Shown here: positions 1 through 7,655 of the stretch, piece by piece
Numbering within the stretch: position 1 is the stretch's first letter
Layout: every line of letters starts with the position of its first letter
Source of the DNA: Myxococcales bacterium
Lineage (GTDB): Bacteria; Myxococcota; Myxococcia; Myxococcales; 40CM-4-68-19
Length of the DNA: 64,000 nt
Direction: 5' to 3'
Assembly: GCA_035261845.1 (NCBI GenBank)
Contig: DATFTN010000197.1
Coordinates: 17,923 to 81,922, forward strand
Made by a program: the position numbers and the translations under genes
The notes under the pieces: generated by a model
What the model saw: the letters and a program-made list of their open reading frames with translations, nothing else
Databases searched by the model: none
Told to the model about the DNA's origin: nothing

Positions 1-1028
1 TGCTCGGTGATGCAGCAGAACGCGCACCCAGCTGCGCACCCACGCATGATGGTCACGCTGAACCGGATCTGCTCCCACGCCGGGATCCTCGCCTCCCCGT
101 ACATCGGGTGCGGCAGGCGGGTGAAGGGAAGCTCGTATTCCCAGTCGACCATCTCGGTCGCGGGCGGCTGCGCGGGCGGGTTCACGTAGACGAGCTCGCC
201 GCCGTGTTTCTGCACCAGGATCCGCGCGTTGTCCGGGTTGTGCTCGAGGTGATAGAGGCGCGAGAACTCCGCGTACACCTGCTTGTCGGCGCAGATCTCC
301 TCGTACGAGGGGAGCCACACCTCCTCGCGATCCCGCTCGCCTGCGAGGGCGCGCCAGGACTGCTCCGGGTCGTCGCGGAAGCGCACCGCGGTGCCGCGCA
401 CGTCGGTCAGCCCGCAGACGTCCTCGCCCGAGGCGAGGCGGCGGGCGATCTCCAGCAGCGGGACCTCGCCCATCCCGTACACGAGCAGATCGGCCGGGCA
501 GTCGGCGAGGATGGACCGCCGGACGCGATCGCTCCAGTAGTCGTAGTGCGCCAGGCGCCGGAGCGAAGCCTCGACCCCTCCGATCACCACCGGCACCTCG
601 GGGAACAGCTTCTTCAGCCGGCGCGCGTAGACGGCGGTGGCGTAGTCGGGACGCCGGCCCGGCGCGGCGTCCGGCGTGTACGCATCGCTCGAGCGCCGCT
701 TCTTCGCGGCCGTGTAGTGGTTGACCATCGAGTCCATGTTGCCGCTGGAGACGCCGAAGAAGAGACGGGGCCGGCCGCAGGCGGCGAAGTCCTCCGCGAA
801 GCTCGCCTCGTCCCACCGGGGCTGCGAGACGATCCCCACCTTGAAGCCGCGGGCGGCCAGCACCCGGGCGAGGAGGGGCACGCCGAAGGTGGGGTGGTCG
901 ACGTACGCGTCGCCGTTCACCAGCACGACGTCGAGCCCTTGCCATCCGCGGGCGCGCGCCTCCGCCAGATTGGTGGGCAGGAAGGCATCCGCGCCGGGCC
1001 GCTTCCCGATCTGGACCAGTGGAGACAT
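1..1028 (-). CDS. ygiQ: YgiQ-family (UPF0313) radical SAM protein, N-terminal part; the 3' end lies beyond the window start
   Basis: Not in the ORF track because it runs off the edge. Manual reverse translation from the ATG at 1028 gives MSPLVQIGKRPGADAFLPTNLAEARARGWQGLDVVLVNGDAYVDHPTFG...IRFSVTIMRGCAAGCAFCCITEH, with a CxxxCxxC cluster. The front half of + ORF 108..2294 is its antisense shadow. Confidence 0.8.
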   Translation of the reverse strand, partial: MSPLVQIGKRPGADAFLPTNLAEARARGWQGLDVVLVNGDAYVDHPTFGVPLLARVLAARGFKVGIVSQPRWDEASFAEDFAACGRPRLFFGVSSGNMDSMVNHYTAAKKRRSSDAYTPDAAPGRRPDYATAVYARRLKKLFPEVPVVIGGVEASLRRLAHYDYWSDRVRRSILADCPADLLVYGMGEVPLLEIARRLASGEDVCGLTDVRGTAVRFRDDPEQSWRALAGERDREEVWLPSYEEICADKQVYAEFSRLYHLEHNPDNARILVQKHGGELVYVNPPAQPPATEMVDWEYELPFTRLPHPMYGEARIPAWEQIRFSVTIMRGCAAGCAFCCITE

Positions 1029-1148
1029 CGCGGAGGGTCTAACGCCGGGAGAGATGTGTGTAAATCCCACAGCCCAAAGCCAGGACGGTTTCTGCGGGGG
1101 CCCCGGCCCTCTCTGCTATGCTCCAGTCGAGGGGAGCTGTGTACTCGC

Positions 1149-2294
1149 ATGTCCGACGTCCGAGCCGATCCGCTGCCCGAGCAGCCGTCTCCCTCGTCAG
1201 ACTCTCCACCCGCCGCCCCCAAGCCGGATCCGCTCGCGGGCGACTGGTCGGAGGGCCTGCCGGGACCGGCCCGCGCCCACGGGCTGCCGGTGCCCACACG
1301 CATCGGCGATGCGAGCGAGGACAGCTGGGCGATGTCGCCCCCCGCGACCGAACCGCCGGCCGAGTCGGCCTGGGCTCCCCAAGCTCACGACGCCGGGTTC
1401 TCGGCCGTGCCTGCTCCCGCGGCCGAGGACTTCACCGCGCAGGGGAGCGAACCCGAGGCCTGGCAGGAAAAGGATCCTTCTCCCTGGGCGGCGCCCGCGC
1501 AGCCTGCCCAGGACTGGGACCCGACCGCACCGGCGACCACTTCCGCCGAAGAGCAGTGGTCTGCCCCAGCCGACCCGCCCGCGGTCCAGGAATGGCCGGC
1601 AGAGGAAGAGGGTCCGCGCGCCCTGGCCGAGGAGGAGACGGCGGTGCTCCTCGAGCCGGTCGAGGACGAGGAAGCAGCCAGGCTCTTGCGGCCAGTCGAT
1701 CAGGCGGCGAACGACGAGCCGCCCGGCGAGCCCATCTCGATCCTGCATCCACCGGGCAATCTCGATCCTGCGCTGCAGCCTGTCATGGACCCGACCCTGC
1801 AGCCGGTGACCGACGGCGAGTCGGTGGTGATGCTCAACCCGCACGACCACCCCGACCTGCTCGTCCCCGTGGACGAAGACGCGCCGCCGATGGCCTCGGG
1901 AGGTCCGGCGCCCGCGGGAAGCGTCGTCCCCGGCGAGCACCGGGTCGCGATCCACACCCGCGGGGGGCGCACCCGGCGGGGGAGCGTCACCGATCTGGAC
2001 CTGGGCAGGCCGCAGTTCGCGCTGCAGCCGCAGGGCGGCGGCTCGACGGAGCTGGTGCCGCACGCCGAGGTCAAGGCGATCTTCTTCATGCTGGCGCCCG
2101 GCGACGCGCCGGCCGCGCCGGACGGCGGCAAGATCCGCGTCACCTTCTCCGACGGCCGCAGCATCGAAGGCCACCGCGAAGGAGGCGACGGCCCGCAGGG
2201 CTTCTTCCTGGTGCCGCTGGACGCGCAGAAGACGAACACGAAGCGGATCTACGTGGCCCGGGCCGCGGTCGCCTCGCTCGTCGATCTGGTCTGA
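1149..2294 (+). CDS. Hypothetical protein: Pro/Glu/Ala/Trp-rich disordered region plus a compact C-terminal domain
   Basis: Distal part of track ORF 108..2294. The ATG at 1149 gives MSDVRADPLPEQ... About 250 aa are low complexity. The C-terminal domain reads GEHRVAIHTRGG...KAIFFMLAPGD...GFFLVPLDAQKTNTKRIYVARAAV. No family recognised. Confidence 0.6.
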   Translation: MSDVRADPLPEQPSPSSDSPPAAPKPDPLAGDWSEGLPGPARAHGLPVPTRIGDASEDSWAMSPPATEPPAESAWAPQAHDAGFSAVPAPAAEDFTAQGSEPEAWQEKDPSPWAAPAQPAQDWDPTAPATTSAEEQWSAPADPPAVQEWPAEEEGPRALAEEETAVLLEPVEDEEAARLLRPVDQAANDEPPGEPISILHPPGNLDPALQPVMDPTLQPVTDGESVVMLNPHDHPDLLVPVDEDAPPMASGGPAPAGSVVPGEHRVAIHTRGGRTRRGSVTDLDLGRPQFALQPQGGGSTELVPHAEVKAIFFMLAPGDAPAAPDGGKIRVTFSDGRSIEGHREGGDGPQGFFLVPLDAQKTNTKRIYVARAAVASLVDLV

Positions 2295-2296
2295 GC

Positions 2297-3037
2297 TCAG
2301 TGCAGGTACTTGTCCGACCCGCTGCGGCCCCGGCCCGGCAGGTCCTCCTCGCCGCGAACCACCCGTAGCCGGCGGCTGCGCAGCCGGCGATCGATCCACC
2401 ACACCCGCAGGCGGAGCAGGACTTGCTTCGGCGTGCGCACGCCACCCGCGAAGAGGACGCCCGCGCCCAGGCCGAAGAGCTGCGGCAGAAAGGGCACCGG
2501 TCCATAGAAGATCATGAACAGGACCGTGATCCCTGCCGAGATGGGGAGCAGGAGCCGCGCCTCGATGGGCAGGAAGTACAAGAAGATTCCAGCGCTGGGG
2601 AGCGAGACGGCGAATGCGGCCGCCAGAGCTTCAATCACCACCCAGTTCCCGAGGTACAGGAACCCCGCCACGCCGGGCCAGAAGATTCCGATGACAGCGG
2701 TGACCAGCGCCGCCAGCGCGGACGTGGCGAAGTAGAAGGTGACGAACCGCCGCGTCCCCCACATCGCCTCGAGCGAGCCGCCCATCAACCACAACCCCAG
2801 CCCGGCGAAGATCAGTCCCAGCGGGTCTGGGTTGACGAAGGTATAAGTGAACGGCTGCCAGACGTAGCCGCGCCGCAGCGCCGCCGGTATGAAGCCGAGC
2901 AGGATCTTGAGATTGTCCGCGCCGGTGAGCGGGACCAGGATGGAGATCGCAACCGTGGCGATGAGCAGCCACTTCACGCCGCGGGTGAAGGGCGGCAAGG
3001 CGAAGTTGCCCATCGGCATGGAGGATCGGGGAGACAT
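2297..3037 (-). CDS. Rhomboid-like polytopic membrane protein; catalytic Ser/His not evident
   Basis: Track ORF of 246 aa with multiple hydrophobic helices. It has a rhomboid-like signature (YVWQPFTYTFVN...GLWLMGGSLEAMWGTRRFVTFYF). There is no GxSG motif, and the only His is the last residue. Alternative starts at 3019 or 3013. Confidence 0.6.
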   Translation of the reverse strand: MSPRSSMPMGNFALPPFTRGVKWLLIATVAISILVPLTGADNLKILLGFIPAALRRGYVWQPFTYTFVNPDPLGLIFAGLGLWLMGGSLEAMWGTRRFVTFYFATSALAALVTAVIGIFWPGVAGFLYLGNWVVIEALAAAFAVSLPSAGIFLYFLPIEARLLLPISAGITVLFMIFYGPVPFLPQLFGLGAGVLFAGGVRTPKQVLLRLRVWWIDRRLRSRRLRVVRGEEDLPGRGRSGSDKYLH

Positions 3038-3054
3038 GGGAAGAGCCTAGGTCC

Positions 3055-3258
3055 TCAGGTCCGCGGACGCTCGCGGTAGAAGAGCGTGATGGTCAGGCAG
3101 TGGAACTCCTTGTCCGAGCTCTGGGTGACGATCTTGTCCACGATCTCGAGCGCAGCGTTGTCGTTCAGCCAGCGGGTGATGGTCTCTCCCATCACCTCGC
3201 GGTCGCGGGCCAGCGTGGTGGAGAAGATCTTCATGCCGGTGAACACGGGTGGGTTCAT
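3055..3258 (-). CDS. Small conserved-looking hypothetical protein (67 aa)
   Basis: Tail of shadow ORF 3055..4098: MNPPVFTGMKIFSTTLARDREVMGETITRWLNDNAALEIVDKIVTQSSDKEFHCLTITLFYRERPRT. Its ATG (3256-3258) overlaps the TGA (3255-3257) of the upstream synthase gene as ATGA. Confidence 0.55.
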   Translation of the reverse strand: MNPPVFTGMKIFSTTLARDREVMGETITRWLNDNAALEIVDKIVTQSSDKEFHCLTITLFYRERPRT

Positions 3259-4505
3259 GACCTTGCCTCGGGCCGCAGCTCCCGCACGAGCTGCAGCAGC
3301 TCCGCCTCGGTGAGCGTGCGCGGGGAAGCTTTTGCGCGCTGGAGGATCGCCTTGGCGAGCGGCTCGTCGGCGGGGATCTCGTGGCGGGCGAGCCAGTGCT
3401 TCACGTTGGAGAGCCCGCTCAAGGGACCGATCTCGATCCGCTGCTCCTTGCCGAACTCGCCGGCCGGCACGCCCGAGTAGATGCGGTCCGCCAGCCAGCG
3501 ATCGCCCTTGCGCTGCGCCTTGACGATCGCCGCCGCGTGCACTCCGGTGGCGGTGCGGAACGCGTCCTCCCCGACCACCGGATAGTTCACCGGCAGCGAG
3601 TGCCCGGTGACCCGCGCGGCCAACTCGACGAAACGCACCAGCCTGGTCATGTCCCGCCCTCCGTAGACGGGATGGCCGAGCAACTTGAGGTTCACCAGCA
3701 GCTGGTCCACCGCCGTGTTCCCCACCCGCTCGCCGATCCCCGCGGCGCAGCCGTGCAGGCGCGTCGCCCCCGCCGCCCCCGCCGCCAGCGCGTTGGCCAG
3801 CGCCAGCCCCCGGTCGTTGTGCCCGTGCCAGTCGAGCCCCACTTCCACGCCGGACTCCCGCACCACCTCCTGGGCGAATTTCACCAGCGCGGCGGTGCCC
3901 TGGGGAGTCGCGTGGCCCACGGTGTCGCAGAGGCACAGGCGGCGCGCGCCTGCCTCGATCGCGGCGAGGAACAGCCGGCGCAGATCGTCCGGCTTGCTCC
4001 GCGTGGTGTCCTCCGTGACGTAGGTGACCGCGAGGTTCTGCCGGGCGGCGAAGCGGATGGCCTCCACCGACTGCTTCTCGATGAAGGCGAGGTCCCATTC
4101 CTCCGCGTACTGCCGGATCGGCGAGGACCCGATGAACGCGTAGACTTCCAGGGGGAAGCCCGTCTCCTGCTGGACCTCGGCCGCGGGAGCGATGTCGCCG
4201 ACCACCGTGCGGCAGGCGACGTTGGCGCGGATCTTCAACCGCGCGTCCCGGATCTCCTCCACCAGCCGCTTCACCGCCGCGCGCTGGTTCGGGCCGGCGC
4301 CGGGCAGGCCGACGTCGAGCTGAACCACTCCCAGGTCGTCGAGCAGGTGCAGGATCTCGATCTTCTCCTCGATGCGCGGATCGACCGCGCTGGGGCTCTG
4401 GATGCCGTCGCGCAGCGTCTCGTCGAGGACCAGCGCCTCTCCCAGCCGATCCGGCGCCGCTTGCGCGGAGTTCCAGTCGAAGAAGAGGTCCTGCTCCGCG
4501 GCCAT
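3255..4505 (-). CDS. DRE-TIM metallolyase of the 2-isopropylmalate/citramalate/homocitrate synthase family (short LeuA3-like form, no C-terminal regulatory domain)
   Basis: Track ORF 3255..4556 trimmed to MAAEQDLFFDW. Motifs seen: LDETLRDGIQSP, HGHNDRGLALANALAA, TGVHAAAIVKA. Length is 416 aa, too short for a LeuA_dimer domain. Confidence 0.8.
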   Translation of the reverse strand: MAAEQDLFFDWNSAQAAPDRLGEALVLDETLRDGIQSPSAVDPRIEEKIEILHLLDDLGVVQLDVGLPGAGPNQRAAVKRLVEEIRDARLKIRANVACRTVVGDIAPAAEVQQETGFPLEVYAFIGSSPIRQYAEEWDLAFIEKQSVEAIRFAARQNLAVTYVTEDTTRSKPDDLRRLFLAAIEAGARRLCLCDTVGHATPQGTAALVKFAQEVVRESGVEVGLDWHGHNDRGLALANALAAGAAGATRLHGCAAGIGERVGNTAVDQLLVNLKLLGHPVYGGRDMTRLVRFVELAARVTGHSLPVNYPVVGEDAFRTATGVHAAAIVKAQRKGDRWLADRIYSGVPAGEFGKEQRIEIGPLSGLSNVKHWLARHEIPADEPLAKAILQRAKASPRTLTEAELLQLVRELRPEARS

Positions 4506-4518
4506 GGTTCCCCGGATC

Positions 4519-5715
4519 CTACGCCGACTCCAGGAGCAGCGCGATGCCTTGGCCACCGCCGATGCAGGCCGAGCCCACCCCGCGCTTCTTGCCCCGCCGT
4601 TTCAGCTCGTACAAGAGGTGCGCGGTGATGCGCGCACCGGAGGCGGCCAGCGGGTGCCCCACCGCGATGGCGCCGCCGTCGACGTTGGTGCGCTCGCGCG
4701 GCAGGCCCAGCTCCTTCTCCACGGCGAGGTACTGCGGGGCGAAGGCCTCGTTCACCTCGAACAGGTCGAAGTCGGAGAGCCTGGCCTCGTGCCGCTCGAA
4801 CGCGCGGCGGACGGCGGGCGCCGGGCCGATCCCCATGATCGATGGATCGCATCCGCTGATGCCCCAGCCGAGGAGCCGGCCGATCGGAGTCAGGCCCCGC
4901 TCTTGCGCGAACTGCCGGGTGGCGAGCACCAGCGCGCCGGCGCCGTCGCAGATGCCGCTCGCCGCGCCGGCGTGGATCACTCCGTCCTTCTTGAACACCT
5001 TGGGCAGCTTCGCCAGCCCTTCCACGGTGGTCTCCGGCCGGTTGTGCTCGTCCCGGGCGAACTGGACCACCGCTCCCTTCTTGCCCGGCAGGTCCATCGG
5101 AGCGATCTCCTCCGAAAGGCGTCCTGCCTCCTGCGCCGCGGCGAACCGCTTCTGGGAGAGCACGCTGTACTCGTCCACCTCGCGCTGGGAGATGCCGTAC
5201 TTCACCGCCAGGTTCTCCGCGGTCATCGCCATGGGGAGGCCGTTGTAGCTGTCGGTCAGCGCCTCCCAGAGAGCGTCCTCGAGCTTGGGAGACTTGCCCA
5301 GCCCGACTCCGAAGCGGAGCCCGCGGGCGACGTGCGGCGCCTGCGACATCGACTCGGTGCCGCCGACCAGCGCGCACTGGGAGTGGCCGGCGAGCATCTC
5401 GAGCGCGGCGTCCACCACCGCCTGGAACCCCGACCCGCACAGGCGGTTCACCGTCAACGCCGGGACCTGCTGCAGCAGGCCTGCCTTCAGTCCCACGTGG
5501 CGCGCCAGGTAGATCGCGTCCGGGCTGGTCTGCATCACGTTCCCGAACACCACGTTGTCGATTTGCTCGGGCTTCACCCGGCTCTGCGCGATCGCCGCCT
5601 TGGCCGCGTGCACGGCCAGATCGGTGGCGGAAACGTCCTTCAGAGCGCCGCCATAGGTGCCGAACGGAGTGCGCTTGGCGGAGAGGAACACCAGGTCGGT
5701 CGGGATCGGCTTCAT
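4519..5715 (-). CDS. Acetyl-CoA C-acetyltransferase (thiolase II)
   Basis: Track ORF 4519..5766 trimmed to MKPIPTDLVFLSAKRTPFG. Active-site contexts seen: VNRLCGSG, NEAFA, GGAIAVGHPLGASG-like and CIGGGQG. Confidence 0.9.
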   Translation of the reverse strand: MKPIPTDLVFLSAKRTPFGTYGGALKDVSATDLAVHAAKAAIAQSRVKPEQIDNVVFGNVMQTSPDAIYLARHVGLKAGLLQQVPALTVNRLCGSGFQAVVDAALEMLAGHSQCALVGGTESMSQAPHVARGLRFGVGLGKSPKLEDALWEALTDSYNGLPMAMTAENLAVKYGISQREVDEYSVLSQKRFAAAQEAGRLSEEIAPMDLPGKKGAVVQFARDEHNRPETTVEGLAKLPKVFKKDGVIHAGAASGICDGAGALVLATRQFAQERGLTPIGRLLGWGISGCDPSIMGIGPAPAVRRAFERHEARLSDFDLFEVNEAFAPQYLAVEKELGLPRERTNVDGGAIAVGHPLAASGARITAHLLYELKRRGKKRGVGSACIGGGQGIALLLESA

Positions 5716-5779
5716 GAGGTCTCCCAGTGAGGACCGAAGGATAACCCGCGCGGCCCGGCTTGACATGTGAGCAGTAGCA

Positions 5780-6922
5780 CTACCCTCTCCGGCCTCGAGA
5801 CGCTCTGGGAGACCGGGGAGTCGATGCCGATGCCGCAGCCGGCTGCCTGACCAGCCGTTCGATCCGGCCGAGCAGCTCGTTCCCGACCTGCTCGGTGGTC
5901 GAAGCCGGGCCGCCGAGCATCGGGACCAGGTCGGGCGTGTGCGCCCCTTCGGCGATCTGCTGCCGGACGGCCTCTTCCAAGAGGCGCGCTTCCGCGGGGT
6001 GGCCGAGGTGCTCCAGCATCAGCGCGCCGGAGAGCGCCATCGCCAGCGGATTCGCCTTGCCCTGTCCCGCGATGTCCGGCGCGCTGCCGTGCACCGGCTC
6101 GAACAGCGAGACCTGGCCCGGGTGGATGTTCCCGCTGGCGGCGATGCCCAGGCCGCCGGTCAAGGCCGCCCCCAGGTCGGTCAGGATGTCGCCGAACAGG
6201 TTGTTGGTGACGATCACGTCGTAGGCCTCGGGCGCCCGCACCAGGTCCATGGCCAGCGCGTCGACGAACATCGCCTTCGCCTCGATCGCCGGGTGCCGCC
6301 CGGCCACCTCCGCGAACACGCGCCGCCACAGTCCGTGCCCGTGCAGCAGGACGTTGGACTTGTCCGCCATGCACACGCGCTTCTTCCCGTTCGCCTCGGC
6401 CACCGCGAAGGCCGCCTCGCAGATGCGCTCCACACCCTTGCGGGTGTTGATCTCCACTTCCTGCGCAATCTCGTCGGGCGTCCCCTTCTTGAAGGTGCCG
6501 CCGGCGCCCGTGTACAGGCCTTCGGTGTTCTCGCGCACCACCACGAAGTCCAGCTCGCGCCGTCCCTTGCCCTTGAGCGGGCTCAGCCGGTCGTCGAGCA
6601 GCTGGCAAGGGCGCAGGTTGATGTAGAGGTCCAGCTCGAAGCGCATCGCCAGCAGGCTCCCCTTGGCGTGCTCGTTCCCGGGCACCCGCGGATCTCCCAC
6701 CGCGCCGAAGTACACGGCTGCGTAGTCGCGCCGGAGCGTGTCCATGAACCCGTCCGGCAGCACCGTTCCGTCGAGCAAGTACCGCTCGGCGCCGAAGTCG
6801 AACGAGTCGAACTGCAGCGCGAGCCCCCGCAGCTCGGCCAGCCGCGAGAGAAGCCGCACGCCGACGCGCGCCACCTCGGGGCCGATTCCGTCGCCGGGGA
6901 TGACGGCGATGCGCTGGGGCAT
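5780..6922 (-). CDS. Isocitrate/isopropylmalate dehydrogenase family enzyme (LeuB-like or tartrate/D-malate dehydrogenase-like)
   Basis: Track ORF 5780..6940 trimmed to MPQRIAVIPGDGIGPEV. Motifs seen: LYINLRPC, VVVRENTEGLY, NLFGDILTDLGA. Confidence 0.85.
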   Translation of the reverse strand: MPQRIAVIPGDGIGPEVARVGVRLLSRLAELRGLALQFDSFDFGAERYLLDGTVLPDGFMDTLRRDYAAVYFGAVGDPRVPGNEHAKGSLLAMRFELDLYINLRPCQLLDDRLSPLKGKGRRELDFVVVRENTEGLYTGAGGTFKKGTPDEIAQEVEINTRKGVERICEAAFAVAEANGKKRVCMADKSNVLLHGHGLWRRVFAEVAGRHPAIEAKAMFVDALAMDLVRAPEAYDVIVTNNLFGDILTDLGAALTGGLGIAASGNIHPGQVSLFEPVHGSAPDIAGQGKANPLAMALSGALMLEHLGHPAEARLLEEAVRQQIAEGAHTPDLVPMLGGPASTTEQVGNELLGRIERLVRQPAAASASTPRSPRASRGRRG

Positions 6923-6955
6923 GGCGGCGCAACCTAGCACGCCGCGCGGGAACTC

Positions 6956-7531
6956 CTACCGCCCCTTTCCGCGGAGCCAGTCGAGCACCTTCTGCGCGCT
7001 CTGGTCGGGAGGGAACACCGGGTAGAAGACGTGCTCCACCTCGCCCCGGAACAGCACCAGCGTGAGGCGCTTGAACAGCGTCATGCCCGCGACCTCGAAG
7101 GTGGGCAGCTTCAATGCCCGCCCGAAGCGCAGGTCCGCGTCGCTGAGCACCTCGAACGGCAGGTGCAGCCGCTCCGCCATCTCGCGCTGGTACTCCGTCG
7201 TCTGCGTGGACAGCCCGTAGACGGCCGCGGCCAGCCGGGCGAGCTCCGCGTGCGCGTCCCGGAACCCGCAGCTCTGCGGCGTGCACCCCCGCGCTCCGGG
7301 GATCGCATCCCATCCCGGCGGCAATTCCTGGTCCGGCCGGCCCGTTCGCGGATACGCGTACACCACCACCCGGCGCTCCTGCGACTCCTCCGCGAGGACC
7401 ACTTCGCGCCCCCGCGTCGAGGGCAGCGCGATGGGCGGCACCATCGCGTGCGGCAGATGCTTCGCCGCGCCGTCGTCGCCCGGAACCGGCAGCCCCGCGG
7501 GCAAGCGATGGAGATCGTCGCTGCGTGCCAT
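6956..7531 (-). CDS. Bcp/PrxQ-type peroxiredoxin (AhpC/TSA family)
   Basis: Track ORF of 191 aa with the motif PGARGCTPQSCGFRD and a thioredoxin-fold-like remainder. Confidence 0.8.
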   Translation of the reverse strand: MARSDDLHRLPAGLPVPGDDGAAKHLPHAMVPPIALPSTRGREVVLAEESQERRVVVYAYPRTGRPDQELPPGWDAIPGARGCTPQSCGFRDAHAELARLAAAVYGLSTQTTEYQREMAERLHLPFEVLSDADLRFGRALKLPTFEVAGMTLFKRLTLVLFRGEVEHVFYPVFPPDQSAQKVLDWLRGKGR

Positions 7532-7624
7532 GGCCGGACGATGCTCTCCGATCCGGCGCGCCGCCGCCAGATGCTAGAGTGCCGCTGCCGTCCGGGCCCC
7601 GCATCCCGCGACGTCCGCGCTGTG

Positions 7625-7654
7625 AAAAAGCGTAGCGCCGCCCTATCGGCGGCG
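7625..7654 (-). terminator. Hairpin just after the dehydratase stop, with a displaced U-run
   Basis: On the minus-strand RNA: CGCCGCC-GAUAG-GGCGGCG (7-bp GC stem, 5-nt loop), starting 2 nt after the stop at 7656-7658. UUUUU follows 6 nt later rather than being adjacent. Confidence 0.3.
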
Positions 7655-7655
7655 G

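Noticed and set aside
108-1030. Front half of track ORF 108..2294 (+).
   Set aside because: Arg/Gly/Val/His-rich unnatural composition. It is the antisense shadow of the ygiQ radical SAM gene, which translates cleanly on the minus strand. Only the part from the ATG at 1149 was kept.
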